Made by a program: the position numbers and the translations under genes. Of a stretch of DNA of 64,000 nt, positions 1-13,921 are shown in pieces (within the stretch, counting starts at the first letter, position 1; every line of letters begins with the position of its first letter). The notes under the pieces were generated by a model. It was given only the letters and a program-made list of their open reading frames with translations. It was not told the DNA's origin and ran no database searches. Source of the stretch: Nymphaea colorata (lineage: Eukaryota); NCBI RefSeq assembly GCF_008831285.2, contig NC_045138.2:38936001-39000000 (forward strand). The letters run 5' to 3'.

Positions 1-604
1 GAAACAAACAGAAATTAGAAATTTAGCACAGATAATGCACACGATGTTAATTAATTAGAAGGAAATGAAAATTTTTGAGAGCACCCCACATTTCATCAAA
101 TCATAACCTTAAATTGTTCGTGATGAATTGGATTCATCCCAATGCATACAGATATGGATTCATCGTAATCTGTTTTAGTTAGAGTTCATTTCAAAATTAC
201 CGAAATCCAAAATAAAAAAAAAAAGGGAGAAAAGGAGTTGAACTTCTTTCAACAAGAATCATTTTTCTATTGAAAACTATGAATTTAATGGAGTTGACAA
301 CGAAGAATCCATCTCGACAACTTTGTTCAAATGAATGTTCAAGCATGCCTTTGAATGGATGAAAGAACAATGTTAAGGGATTGCTTCAAATTCTTGAAGG
401 CTTTTTTAAATTCCAATCCCCTTGCGATAGGTGACTGAAGCTCTTGAAGACATAAATTCTCCCCATCATGCGTTTTTTTGGGCAGTCTTTCCCAAACGAT
501 TCATTGAAGGTGAAACATAACTAGATTTCGTAACATTGGGAATGCTCATGAAAATGATTTTGAAAAGTGAAACACAAAGCTAAAAAAAGGAAAAGCTTGT
601 TTAC

Positions 605-1375
605 CGGCAGAGCGTCAAAGTTTGGCTGTGAATCTGATATGTTGTTCTCTGGCTTAAGTGGGATTCCTGGGACAGGAGGCGCAGCAAACCTCTGCAAACA
701 TTGAAAGAAAAGAAGTGAGAATGAGCATATAAAATGAACTGGTTATTGTCCCTCCCTCTTCCTCCCAAGCTAGTGTTGCTAAGTGTTTTTCTACATCTAA
801 ATATTTTTGTCTCTAGCATCCAAGGTTGCCATAATCTATATAATCATCTTAACCACAGGAACATTTGAGCCATTAATTTTATTTTTTTGTTCAATTTTGT
901 CACTTTTTTGTCTTGGGAATTGGCCATATAAATGTAATATAATACATCTATTTAGTAGAAACCCATAATCATCAGGTTACAACAGTAAACAGGCACTTGA
1001 AGAATCTAAAAAGCTGATGGCCCTATTCTATTGCACTCTAATGCTAAAAGACAATTTTTATAACCAAGTCTTTTTTTAAAAGTAAAACATGTTGCTATAT
1101 CTACAAACTCTAGTTTAGTTGACGCAAATTGAAAGACAAAGGACCATGCACAACACGCACACACACGATCTATAAATGGTTTAATTTTAGTAGATGTTGA
1201 ATGTTTTTGAATGGCTAAAATTTTAAATTTGTCTCCATTGTCACCACATTAGCATTAACAATTATTTATAATGCAGCAACAGTTATGGGTGACTTTGGTG
1301 ACGATTTATAGTCCTTTTAACGTTAATTTTTTTAATTTTTAACGATCCAGTAACTATTCAGCATCCAGTAACATA

Positions 1376-1464
<89 letters not shown>

Positions 1465-4417
1465 AGAACCGGAATAATACGGCATTATGTAACCGATTTT
1501 TGATCATTTTATTTGATTAAATCATGAACTCTTAAAGCATCAGTTTTTTGTTGCGTCGTAAGTTGTTCATATCCCTTCATTGTTTTCTTATACAGTCGAA
1601 ATAACATAATCTAAAGTTTGTTAGATTTTTATAGATAGGTTACCTAAGAAATTCATCAACTTGTGATTGATTATTTAATCAAAATGGCACAATGGACGTT
1701 CGATAAGTTAGAAAACATGGTTCAACAACACTATGTTTTATCTCAACATGTACAGTGTAATTGCAATTGTTGTTTTTAGATTCATTAAGAATCAAATGCT
1801 TGATATAATCACAACAATGTTTCTAGTAACAAAGACGACATTCTTTAATCTTTAAGCAGAAACAAGTGTTTTAATAGCACAGTGTTCTTCTCACGACACA
1901 AGTCTCACAACGCCGTGATAGCTTTCAAAGATGTTCTGTTAAATGTTCTTCAAGAAAATTTTGAGTCTTATTTTAATAGTCAGAATGAGGTACAATATGG
2001 TTGACACAATTATTTTTAGACGCAATTCATCAGAAAGTGGACTGTCAAGTTTTCTTCATATAGATGGACAATGTCCGGACAACAGTACATTTTAAGATTC
2101 TCCAATTCGAAAAGTATGCATTTTTAAAGTAAGTAGACAAGAACAAACAGCCAAAAAAAACAATGGAGTCTTCATCCATCCAAAACTGTTGCCTCTGAGA
2201 CATCCCTTTTCGGTAAAAGCTTTACAAAAAAAAGAAAAAGAAAAGGAGTCCTTTCTCTCAATTTGACATTTTACTCTGATTTACTTGCTGCAGCATAGAC
2301 CTTCGAGATAATCTGGCTTTTCATGGCGCTTGTGAATCCAAACCAGTACACAGATGCACTCATCCATGCACGGGTAGATGCAACTTAGATCTATGCTAGC
2401 TAGGGAAACCAGAACACAGACACAAAGAAGAAAAGGTACAGAAGGTAGTACCGGCTGCAACGTCTGGGAGAAGAAGGGCGTCCCTGGAGTAGGAGCACCA
2501 TGAGCCCAACCGTCCTTTGAAGCCTGCAAGTTTCACATACTTGTTCCTTTCAGATCATCAGTTTCAGATCATAAAAAACAAGGATTCTGTCACGGAGAGA
2601 GTGACGGAGAGAGGGAAGGGGGAGAGAGAGAGAGTACTTACGGCAGCACACCGGTGGTTCCAGAACTTGGGGTCCGGTTGGAGAGGGGAAGGTGGCATTG
2701 CCCACGGGGGAGGAGAATGAACCACATGCTTTGGCCACACATCCACAGTGGGGTGTCCCCAAACATGCAGAGGCCGGAAGTGCTGATGGATGGCTGCTGG
2801 TGGCGGCGGTGGAGGTGGTGAGGGAGTCGGGAAGCCGAGGGACGGCACCGGCGCCGCTACCCCGACCCAGGGATTCACCACATCTCTCTTGCACCCCAAC
2901 CCCACTGTACCCGTCCCTCCATACGCCGCCTGCTGCCTCCGTTGGCTCCAACTAGCAGCTTCCGCCTCTCTTGCCAACAAGTGTTTCCGGTGTGACCTAT
3001 ACTTCTGCAGAAACAAAGATACTGTATCATTAATCCCGTCAATTCCGTTGTCCCACTGTTAATTTGTTCCCATTGGTTAACTTTTTTCAAATAAGTGAAG
3101 GGAGGGCCAAGTTGGTACTCCAAGCAAGCTTCCACATGCAAACAATCCCGTGTTCTGAATCCTGCTGACTAATAGTCAGTGACACAGTAGTCCGCATCTT
3201 TTGTCATCGTTGTTTTCCTGGTTCCGTGGTGCAGGCCGCTTTCTGGCGGTCAGTTGAGACAGACTCCGAAATCAATGACGCCACTATCGTTTTTTGCTTT
3301 CATGGTGGCAGAAGAAGAGGAAAGTTTGGACAGATTGAATGGCAAATAAAGCAACTTTGGTGTCAATGGATCGTAAGAACGCATCTGCTTCTTGTTTTCT
3401 GGGGAGAGCCATTTTAAATAGCACATGAAATGCCTCGTTTCATGTGCTGATAAGACACATCAAGATTTCTACCCTTTCCCATCAATTCGGTTGAGAAATC
3501 ATACGAACCAAAATGAGTATCGTTTTGGTGCAAGTCAACGGGAGCATTGCACATCCAGAAAAATGGGCTCCTATGTCTAGATCTTTCTCATCCCCATTGA
3601 CTGTATTTTTTCACAGTTGCAGTGCTTAATTTAGAGAGATAGAGAGAGTGTGAGAGAGAGACCTGAAGGTGACTAGCAATATTGTGCCGTGTAAGGCTGT
3701 CGATTCCCATGAGCTCAAGGATCCTCGAGGGAACGGCTTTATCCACCCCAAGCTGCTCCACTGCTTGTACAAACCTCCTGTGTAGCTCAGGCGTCCAATC
3801 CACCTGTGGAGATGCACAGACCATTTTTAGAGTTCTGATGGTAAAAGGGATCTGCTCCCTCTACCTGTTCATCATGCAAATGATTATGGCAACAAAAACG
3901 GAGGTTAGATTTTTTCTTGTATTCTTACCTTAACTTTTCTTTTTCCTGGTTGGGGAGCTTTGGATTGTGCCGTGCTCTTCCCTCCCCCAACCTCCCTCTC
4001 CTTGGAAGAACCCTTCTTCGATCCTCCTTTCGCCTTCCCCTCTTGATCATCTTCAACCAAGGAGCTGCCGCTCCCTTCGTTAGCATCTTTATAGCTCGCA
4101 GCAAACTCGCTCTTCTGTTCTTCTGCTTCTGCAAAAGCCAAGGCAACCTCCTCCTGCATCCTCAGTGACCCGTCATCTTCGCAGGCAGCACTCATTTCCA
4201 GATCCTGACTGTCGATCGTGAACTCCGCAAGCATCTCGGGGTCCATCTCGAGATCCGGCAGCAGATCCCCATCATCGATGGTGAGGAAGAAATCATCCAG
4301 CTCCAGTCCCACAGGGAGCAGACAAGGGTAGCTCTCATACCCATCTTCTCCTCCACCTCTTTCCTCCTTGTGGTTCCTCCCATCTTCCGAACTCCTCAAC
4401 GGCGACACTGCCAGCAT
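605..4417 (-). CDS. GLK: GOLDEN2-LIKE (GARP/Myb-like) transcription factor, 3'-partial. Exons 4417-3929, 3803-3663, 3004-2642, 2523-2452, 691-605; the final GCT-box exon is presumably left of the window
   Basis: MLAVSPLR start; acidic region with [14 protein letters not shown] domain [36 protein letters not shown]...[21 protein letters not shown]-diagnostic [27 protein letters not shown]. All exons join in frame at GT-AG sites. Confidence 0.93.
1379..1462. repeat. (TA)n microsatellite in a GLK intron
   Basis: About 40 consecutive TA units. Confidence 0.97.
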
Positions 4418-5393
4418 TCCACAGACCACCAATCTCTTCCAACCTCTCTACTATTCTTCGATCTCAATCACCTCGATCCCTCCTCCTTCTTCTTCTTCTT
4501 CTCCAAGCTGACAGTGGTAGTGTTACATACGACCAATTATTGAACTATCTTAAGGTTGGCAGCGGTGAAGTAGAGCGAAGAACAGACTGTGGCTCCTATC
4601 CTCTACTGCAAGTTAGCTGGGGAAGAGGAGCAAAGACAGAACCATCGTCGACCGACGAGCTAGCATAAGATTTATGGCTTGCCGGTTAATTTTTTTTTTT
4701 TTTTTCAACAAAGGGGGAGTGACCCTTCTGTCAAGGCCTAACGCCGACCACACTTTGCTTTTGATTTCTCTGGACGTCTTCTGCCAACATGTGGACAGGG
4801 GTCTCGTGACCTTATTTGCATATATATGCAACTGTTTGCGATAATTATGCAGGCCCGAGGTAAATTGGAAGAGTGAGAAGGAAAGGAGAGAAGGAGGTTT
4901 CCTTTTCTTCGTTGCTGCATGAATTATTGAGTTACCCGCAGGGGGGAGAAGGGCGGCCACCGCCACTATCGAAAGGACACGGAAGGAGCGCACTGGTAAA
5001 ATCGCTCCACTTGGTTTCTTGCCGTTATCTGAGTACTTACTGAAGCTGCATTTCGTCCTTTAGCTCGCGCACCAAAGGCCGTAAAAGCTGCTGCTTGGGA
5101 TGTACATTAAATGGGAGCAGGGGACCTTCTCTGCCCTCGTTCTTTCTTGAACGGTGCCTGTGAACCGAGGCCACGCATCTCTGCCGACGCCTGACCGGCC
5201 GCTATGTAATGTGTATTTTTATTTTAGTTCCGGCCGACTCCGGTTGGCAGTCTAAAGTGGTTATTGATCGGTATTTTCCTTCAACGATATGATTGCAAAT
5301 TTGCAATATGAATTCGAAAAGTTCGAATTATTTCGTGACATTTTAACATATGATTTTAAATACTTCGCATTTATCCATACAATTGTATTCATA

Positions 5394-5513
5394 AAACAAG
5401 TACGAAAATGGAAGAGCTAGCGGACAAGATCTAAATGAATCTCTCAAACATATGTATTTATTAAACAAGCAGGACAATAGAAGAGCTAGCGAACAAGATC
5501 CAAATGAATCTCT
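5394..5513. repeat. Imperfect direct duplication (~50-bp unit, ~69-bp period) upstream of GLK
   Basis: aaacaagtacgaaaatggaagagctagcggacaagatctaaatgaatctct recurs as aaacaagcaggacaatagaagagctagcgaacaagatccaaatgaatctct. Confidence 0.8.
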
Positions 5514-8500
5514 TTCTTTCACATATATATATAAGAACCATAATTCTTAAATTGGTAAGGGAAACCCAGACCTCTTAAATTCATGTTAAAAACTTTTTTA
5601 AATAAAATTTGAACCTTTTAATGTGTTTATAAACATTAATCGAGTATAAATTATGTTTTAGTTCAAGTCATTTTTGTAAAATAAAATTTGATCTTTCTAT
5701 TAACAAAATTTTGGTGTTATTAAGAGCACTTTTATTTTTTATGTTATTTAAAAAATGTAAGAAATTGACTAACTTAATATATATTTCTCACCAAATCCAA
5801 ATCACTCTTAAGACCATATCTATAAAATTGAATATTATTTAAAAAAATATTTTAACAACCAATTTTAATGGGTTGGATTGGGTGACTATATATATATAAA
5901 GGGTAGCAGGCAAAAGAGAGAGATTCAATATAACTGCCGAGAAAACATCCTTCCTGAAATTTACAAATTCTTTTGTTGAGCCGCAGGATCGGGCACTTGA
6001 GCTATTTTTTTATAAAATATATGTTTCCTTAAGCCCGGAATACATTGGCGAAAACTGTCAGGCCAAGTTCTTCAAAAAAAAAAAAAAAATGTTCGCATCA
6101 TAAATCAGCAATCTAAGTTTTCATTCGCTCGCCACCAATAGCAAGAAAGAAAATGTATTAATCGCCGTAAAGTTCGATTGTGAAAGACAGGAGCGGGAGA
6201 AAGAGAGAGGCAGTCGTGTTTTCTCGATAAATTTATATGTTCTGACAGGGAAGCAAATGATTGAGTTGCCATGGAAGTTGTTCTAGAGAGACTCCAGCGG
6301 TCAAAATTCTCAACTTCAACTCAAAAAGAAATATATAATGCATCGTTTAGAGGAAGAACCAGATCAGAGACATTGATAAGAAATTAGGTGAATCATCTCT
6401 GATGGTTCAGATGATCAGGCCACTCGATCACCGATGACTTACAGACCACCCACTAATATTAATAACTAGACCTTAGTTTATTCTCGCACCCTCCCACAAA
6501 AAAATAATCTTTATAAGTTTTGTTTGTATGTAAGAAGACCAAAGGACTTGTCAACATCAATTCGCGGCACATGTTCGCTTGAACGATTTTTGACATATCA
6601 AAGCTTGTTTGGAAGGAAATTCAGAGGTAAGCTCTGAACCTTAGCTTTAGGTGCAATGGCAAACTAGGATCACCCAGTACACCCTATCATTCTGGCTTGG
6701 CATTATTTCTTATGGTAGCTAAGGTCCACCTATTATTAGGCACTGGGAACGGCAAATTTTTTGCGCATTCAGCCCAACCCAACAATATATGCAGCATAAA
6801 AAAATCTTTTACTATATTTTTAGTATAAATATGTGTTTATATATAATATTTATGTATTTTAAATATTTTTTTATTATGATCCCGGCCACGAAAGGGACTA
6901 AGTCCATCAACCTGAGTGCAAATCCTAATAAACAAAAAAAAAATCATACTCTTATAATTCATAACTATCCACATGAATCCATCCATGTTTCTAAACCAAT
7001 TTAAAATTCTATGGAGCACTGCAATCCACTAAATTTTGGAGCAAAATTGATCGATTTGCCGTGCACTAAAGAGAAAGAAGGAAGGAGAAAAGACTTTTTA
7101 ACCAATTTAGGAGTAGAGCCCATAGAAATCAAATAAAAGTTGTAAGGTATCTCACTTTTTTATATTGGACCAATTATGCTAATTTTTTTATTTTCTAAAA
7201 AAAAAAGTAAATAAAAGCAAGTAATTTAACTTAAAAAGTGTATCAAAAGGTTTAAAGGTATTTGAAAGTGATCCGGACCTAACTATTTTTGCTGCCTGAT
7301 AGGTTTTGTGCAATATAATCATTTAATCCTGAACTGGACGAGACGTGAAGTGGGTAGCGACCGTGACGGCTTTCGTCACCACTCGAATCAGATAACGCTG
7401 TTCCTTTCATTTAATTAAATAAGATTCGTCTTATATGTGTCTGAAGGTTTTGAATTCTCTACTTACTTTTACATCAGTGCTTGAACCCAGATTTGGACGT
7501 GTAAAGGTGAAGCTGAGACCGATTAAACCGCCCGGTGTTTGCAGATTTCGCCGGCGTCCTGCCCTTCGAGTCGCTCGGAAGAAGACGAACAGTACTTCTC
7601 AATAGACTAATTACGACAGTAAACAAAGCAAGAGAGAGAAATAACCACTCCCCATTACAGAGAAGGTCTGATGATCAACATCCTGTCGCTGTTGGAGGTG
7701 GCCCTTGGGCCCTCACCGGGTGGCGAGTTCTCTCTTCCTTTGTATTGTTCCCTTCCTTCTTTTACTCGACGGGAAATGACCGGAGTTAACTTTTTTTTTT
7801 TTTCCGGCTTCTTCTGTCTTTTCAGGATCCATTTGTTCTTTTATTTTATATATGTTTGTACATATATGTCCAGCAGGCGAGGCTGAAGAGGAAGATACTT
7901 CGATAGCGCACCCGTTCAGTAATATCGGTCATCCTGCATTCGAATCTCGGCAGAGATGCGATAAGAAATAACGTGCAGATTTTCAAGTGCTGAATATTAT
8001 TACGAAAGTTTTTATAAAAAGTAGTTCAAGTTTTGATAGAACAACAGAAACATGGGAAAGTTTTGATTTCTTTCATTTGTTCCTTGCTTTGCTTTTATAA
8101 ATGTATCTTCTATATGGCAAGATCAGTTATGCTGGCGTCCCTCTTGGACATTGTTTTAAGCAAATTAGATTTCAAAGTTAGATTCAAGGCCATTAATTTG
8201 AAAGAATCTTGAAATCACAATTTTCCAATATAAGATTAGTCTTCTTTTAAAACATTACAGCAGTTTATGAGATTTGGCATAAAGTTATTAATGGGGAGAT
8301 AAATTTTCTTCAGGTCATTAAAGTTTGCTTTATTTTCTGAAGAAAAATTGTTGAAACAGCCCAAGAATTGTTGGATGAAAGAGTCCAAAAACATTAAACG
8401 CTGGGGAAAAAGCATCACGTTTGAAAACACCTTTTTAAATATTACAATCCACATGATTTTGAATTAAAGAATCCATATATTTGTGGCTGTGACGGCTTCG

Positions 8501-8782
8501 ACTTAGAAAGAAGTTGCCTTTTTTCTGTTTTTTCTCCTGATGCATATCGGTTTTTTTGTTTTTTCAATATAAATCCATAAATAGTTGGCTTAACGGGTTG
8601 GGATGTGACTTGCCAGGAAGCGATCCAACTTTGATTCTCAAGAGCATTATTCTTTTGCATAATCCAAAGGTTGTTATAGATGCTTTGAGGAGTATAATAA
8701 TGTAGCTGGTCTGGTGAAAGTTCAGTCATCAGTTTGATTTTATAGGTGTTACTGATGTTACTCTCAATTTGAAGGAAGTAAC

Positions 8783-8972
8783 CAGGGTGAAGCGAGGAAT
8801 TTTTCATGAAGAGGACTAAATTAAAGTTTTTAAATTTTGATAAGAGCCGAAATATCATTTTTCATAATTTTTATATAGGACAAGTAAAATTTTCTAAAAT
8901 TTACAAGTAATTTAAAAAAAAATTGTGGGGGGGCCTAGGGCCACTGTGGTCCGCCCCTTGGCTCCACCCCTA
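8783..8972. mobile_element. Degenerate hAT-like MITE
   Basis: Ends cagggtgaagc / gctccacccct form an imperfect inverted repeat resembling the element at 12504. AT-rich core, GC-rich right end, no clear TSD. Confidence 0.45.
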
Positions 8973-10440
8973 ACGATAAGTTTACCGAAGTCTTGAAGTA
9001 GTCTTGTATCCTAGGGATAGGAGTAAACTTTATTGCTTCTTCTAAGAGATTTCAGATCGAGTTTCCATTTCAAGCCTGAGTTTGGTGCAAAACAATTCAT
9101 TCTTTTACATAATATAATACAAAGCATCTTGCCTTAATTCTGTACAGTTTATACACAATTTCTCGGAATCTTTTCCCCATAAGAACTGAAGATTTCAAAG
9201 TATTGAAGTATCTTTTGCCTGTGTTTTTCTGGAAATGATTTTGCTTTTCAAGATTTGGCGTTAATGGAGGTGAAGGAGACGTGCGGATTTTTCCATGGTT
9301 GGTGTACTGCAGTCCTTGGCCATAAGCTTCCACGGGCTACGTTTTGGTGTTGGAGCATATGAGGAACGGATTAGATATATATAAAGTTTGATCATGCAAT
9401 AGAATTCAGATCTTCGTTACCAAATTCAGATCTAAGGTCAATATCCGACCAGAATCCAATATTATCTAAAGCCCACCACATACAAATAGTGAATTCCACG
9501 CTAATCAGATCTGAAGAATTCGAGTCTCATTATGAATCTGATCACCTAAAATTTGATCAGATCCAATTTTAGTGAAGACTGGACGTAAACGGCATCATGC
9601 ATATCCTAAGAGAAATCCTGTCCATACGATGAACGACCACAATGATATGCGAATATATACGATTTCGGATGTAAGTTTTCGCAGACAAGTTGATGATTTT
9701 TGTAACTGGTCGAGTTGTATACTAGGTGTTCAATGAATTAGTTACAAAGGAAGCACAGCGGGATCGTGACATCGAAAGCAAACCTTGTATCTAAAGGGAG
9801 ACAAAGAAAGCTTCGACTCCCATAAATACAACTCTTATTCATCCGGTTATAATTCAAATGGAATTGATAGCAAACCTATGTGATTTAATGGCTCATATAT
9901 ATATATATATGAAAGAGAGAGAAGGGGAAGTGAGAGAAGATAATGAGTGAAGGGCTAAATTTATCGTATATTTTTAAATATGGCTTGAAAGGAGTGATTG
10001 GTAGGGAGGAGGCTGTCACAGTCTTGCATTGATGAACTCATGCGGATACGTAGCCGTCCAAGGAGATAGAAAGAGACAGAGAAGCTGAAAGGGAGCAATT
10101 ACTCAGTGTGGAAAGCAAAGCAGGCCAACTACAATGTCATTGTCATGCCTTATCCCCCATTTACCTTCGCCCAGCCACTTGCGGGGTCCCCTTCTCTCCA
10201 TCCCTCTTCATTTATTGAACTACTAAAAAAACAGGAAAATGAAGAAAAATAATAATAATAATCGTTATTATACTATAGCCATCTATCTAGTCTATGTGGG
10301 TTGAAGTCTTTATCAGAATCTACTTTTTTTTTTTTTTTTCATTATTAGTTCATTCAATGTAAAACCAGTTGAGGCCTTCCGCCCATTGGTTGGGGAGCAA
10401 GGAATAGGACCCAAACACAACTTACCACTACAAAATCTTT

Positions 10441-10823
10441 GGAGGTGTTTGGATGTCACTTCAAAACCAGCCTCAAAACCAAATTTTTGAAAGCGTTTGG
10501 ATTACAAGAAAATGTTGTCTTGTGAAAACTGGGTTCTTCCAAAACTGAGTTTTTACATGAGAAGCATACTTTACTGTCTCAATAGACGGAGAAAGCAGAT
10601 AAGAAAAACATTGTGTTCTTGAAGTAACATGATCTAAAAATGTTATGCTTTTGTTCAGGTTCCAGCAACTTGGTATACTTTATGAACATAATATATTTGC
10701 AAAAACACAATGTAATTCTTATCAAAAGCTTTTTTAAGATAATTTGCTTACAGGAACACAATGTTTTTGTTGCTCAGATTTTCTTAGTTGAAAATATAAG
10801 AGCTCAATACCCAAAACGTGCCT
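10441..10823. mobile_element. Degenerate Tourist/PIF-Harbinger-like MITE
   Basis: Ends ggaggtgtttgg / ccaaaacgtgcc form a weak inverted repeat around an AT-rich core. Confidence 0.35.
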
Positions 10824-11479
10824 TGGCCTAATTTTCCTCCCATTAAAAAAAAAAATTATGCCTTGCGTTTTTGTTGTTCATAATTTTTGAGGTGGTGCGT
10901 GGAAGGAGGATAAATTTGCCTGGCTGAAGAGGAGACACGTTCCCTTCTCAATATACGAAGGCAACACGTTCCTTTCGTACCAAAAATTGGCCTAAGTGCC
11001 AAATGATTTACAACCGGTCAAGCAGCCAGCCCGTCCCCATTTACCTAATGCTGACAAAAGCTGCTGTTCTAAAGGCACAGTTACCGAGCATCAATGCATC
11101 AACTCTGGTCGCCTCATCTAGTCTTGCAAGATATTTCTAAATTGCATGTATGTGCAAATGAATAACAGCAGTAACCTGTGTTTGGTGGTAGATTTATAAA
11201 ATAAGTGTCTCATGAATCTATCCCAATTTTGAGATAAATTCGTACTTAACAAACGGCCCCTTGTGTTTTAGAATTTTAATAACTCTTTTATGTGAACATC
11301 CAATCGCTACCCAAACTTAACATGCAGACATACAGTTCCTCCCGCAGTCGACAATGCCTATGGTTTTATAATGTAATGCCAATCTCCAATCCAAATTATA
11401 TTGTCAGTTTCAGCAGTTGATTTCACCTAACACAGATTTGAGATCAGCTTTACTTCTTAAGGCTACCCAAGATATCTAA

Positions 11480-11746
11480 GGGGGCATTTGATTACCTCAG
11501 ATTTGAAATCCTCAAGATTTGAGAACCGTGGATTTAAGATCACATACTTAGATATAAGGATTTCAATTGTAGATTTTATGCCGTACTTAAGATCCTTAAT
11601 TTGATGAATCATAATTTTTACTGTATATCTTTTGTCACATTAACAAAAACATGTTACATCAAATCCGCATCATGGATTTGTGCTGAAAACCCCAAGTATA
11701 TTAAGTAAAGAATGGGATTTCGAATCCAAAGTAATCAAACGTCCAT
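11480..11746. mobile_element. Tourist/PIF-Harbinger-like MITE
   Basis: ~30-bp imperfect TIRs (ggggcatttgattacctcagatttgaaatcc vs ggatttcgaatccaaagtaatcaaacgtcc), with TAA on both flanks. Confidence 0.7.
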
Positions 11747-12337
11747 TAATACTGAGAGCGTGCTTATTGGTATGAACTGGTACAAATATGTCCAATCCTA
11801 TAGTGCGAGTTAAGCCTAGACCAAGCTCTCTGGGTTTGGAAGATCCTGACCGGATTATTAGTTCGGCAGGAATGGGTCCGGATACTGGGTCCCATTTGAC
11901 TGGACCTGGTTTGATATCCACCACTAAACGCAAGCAGACAACAGAATGAAGCTGACATCTCATGTGCCTGTCAGCGTCAGCTCTGAAGATGTAACAGATT
12001 TATTATAAAATATTCAGAAAAACCCGATCCACGAATATAAATATCCTTTTAACCTTTGTGGAGATTTTTTTTTTTCACTTTTTAGTTTGGACATTTTGTA
12101 TATTAAGATTCATGGTTGTGACGCTTTGATTTCAATCCATAATTTATGACAACTTGTTGATTTTGCAGTAAAATGGGTACCAACCAAAGTTTAAAGTTGT
12201 ATCTTGAACCTACATTCCGGTAGGGTCCATACAACTTGAACATGTAATTTTGACCTAGATTAGTTGTGTTTCTTGGTTATTAACTGCTCCTCTTTGCCAA
12301 AGAGCGGAGTCTAACTGATTGGTTTAGTGTCGGTGAT

Positions 12338-13030
12338 TAGGGGTGAACACCAGCGGTGTCGAGCTTGAGTTTAGTCAGGTTGAACTCGGCTCCACTAATG
12401 AAACCTCGAGCTCGACTCGGCTTGAGCTCGAGAATAGCTCGACGGAAACAGCTCGAGCTCGACTCGGTAGTTACATGTTGATCTCGAACTCTTTGCAATT
12501 AAGCAGAGGCGGAGTTAGAATTTTTTTTAGGGTCGGGCCAAGATGTTTTGCGGGCAGGGCCAGGGTCGGGCCAATAGGAGCGACGATGAGCGACCGGTCG
12601 GGCCAAACTAAAAAATTTTGATTTTTTCAATGTAAAAAAAAATTCTGGGCTCACCCGAGCCATGGCCCGAGCAGCCCCCCCTCCCTCCGCCCCTGCAATT
12701 AAGGCTCGACAAACTCGTTTGAATAGAATTGATATTCATCAGGTCGAGTTCAACTCGTTTAAGGCTCGACAAAATCGTTTGAATATAATTGATATTCATC
12801 GTTACATGTTGAACTCGAGCTGACTTGATTAAAGCTCGACAAACTTGTAAACTCGTTTAAATATATCGACTTGATTAAAGCTCGACAAACTCGATTAAGG
12901 CTCGAGCTCGACACGGCAGTTACGTGTTGAGCTCGAACTCAATTCGATTATTTGAATGAGTCGACTCATGAACTCGAGCTCGACTTGTAAAGCAAATGAC
13001 TCGGCTCGAACTCGTTCACAAGCCGAGCTT
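12338..13030. mobile_element. Non-autonomous DNA-transposon relic rich in (G)AGCTCG/CTCGAG motifs; hosts a nested MITE
   Basis: Begins taggggtgaaca. Many gagctcga/ctcgac motifs and an internal ~60-bp tandem duplication (12700-12800). A related degenerate element lies at ~13372-13921. Confidence 0.6.
12504..12695. mobile_element. hAT-superfamily MITE, 192 bp, with a perfect 8-bp TSD
   Basis: TIRs cagaggcggag / ctccgcccctg (1 mismatch). CAATTAAG directly repeated at 12496-12503 and 12696-12703. Confidence 0.9.
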
Positions 13031-13371
13031 AACCGGTGATACTCTTGATTTGATCTGATTCTCGCACATGCTAAGCACATAGGCTAATTGAAGTGGAGCG
13101 TCGTTCCAAGTTGACGGTACCTCGTCTTTTCCAAGCCTTGACATGGGCCCTAGGGGATTTTGGCCTTCTTCTGGGCAGTGGGGTTTCCTCCTTACCCGAA
13201 TTATTAACTGCCTTTCTTGTTCAAGAATATCAGTCATTTTCTGAACATTTAAAAGAGTAATGATCGAATCTTTCAAAACTTGGAAGCCTTTTTGGAACAG
13301 AGAGTGAGAACAACGTCTTATTCTACTGTTCCTGAAACAGGGCAAGTTTGTTCTTGAGGTGGCCATTGTCC

Positions 13372-13921
13372 TAGGAATGTACAGCGAGTCAGCTGGACTC
13401 GAACTTGCTTGTATAAGTTCGACTCGAGCTCGACTTGTTTAAACTCAACTCAGCTTGTTTGATTTTCATTTCTCCTACTATGTCTTTTGACTCTCTATTT
13501 CTTTTTGTTTTTAGTTTCTTTCTCTCTCTCTCTCTCATTCTACTTCTTCTTCCTCCTCCCACCTCCTCTTTCTATCCGGCCGCAACTGCGAGTCGCAAAC
13601 CAGGTAATATTTTTCTGTTTTAATGCTAGGTTGTATGAATCGGTGTACAGTTGATTTTTGATGTAAGCAATAAAAATTAGGTTGTTACGCTTCGCACACT
13701 GTTTTATAGTGAACAATCTATGTTTTAAAGAAGAACAGTGAAATAATATTGCAGCTGCTTTTTTTTTTTTCCCATGGCTTGAAGAAGATGAAGATCATTA
13801 TTCGCTAACCAACTTAAACAAAGTTAAACGAGCAGAGCTCGAGCTCAAGCTGAGCAATATGTGAGTCTAGCCGAGTTTGAGCTGGCTCAACTCTGGCTGG
13901 ACTCGCTCGTTGAGCATTCTC
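13372..13921. mobile_element. Second degenerate AGCTCG-rich non-autonomous element
   Basis: ctcgagctcg clusters near both ends; imperfect terminal inversion taggaatgtacagcgagtcagc / gctggactcgctcgttgagcattctca. Confidence 0.4.

Noticed and set aside
2517..3141. Several overlapping 67-133 aa ORFs
   Set aside because: Alternative-frame or antisense shadows of GC-rich GLK exon 3.
8442..8858. 138-aa ORF on the - strand
   Set aside because: No recognisable motif, AT-rich, and starts inside a MITE relic.
12700..12900. Short direct repeats that superficially resemble a CRISPR array
   Set aside because: Eukaryotic context, repeated rather than unique spacers; these are transposon subterminal repeats.
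13016..13366. 116-aa ORF between two repeat elements
   Set aside because: No transposase or other recognisable motif; a captured fragment cannot be supported without a search.
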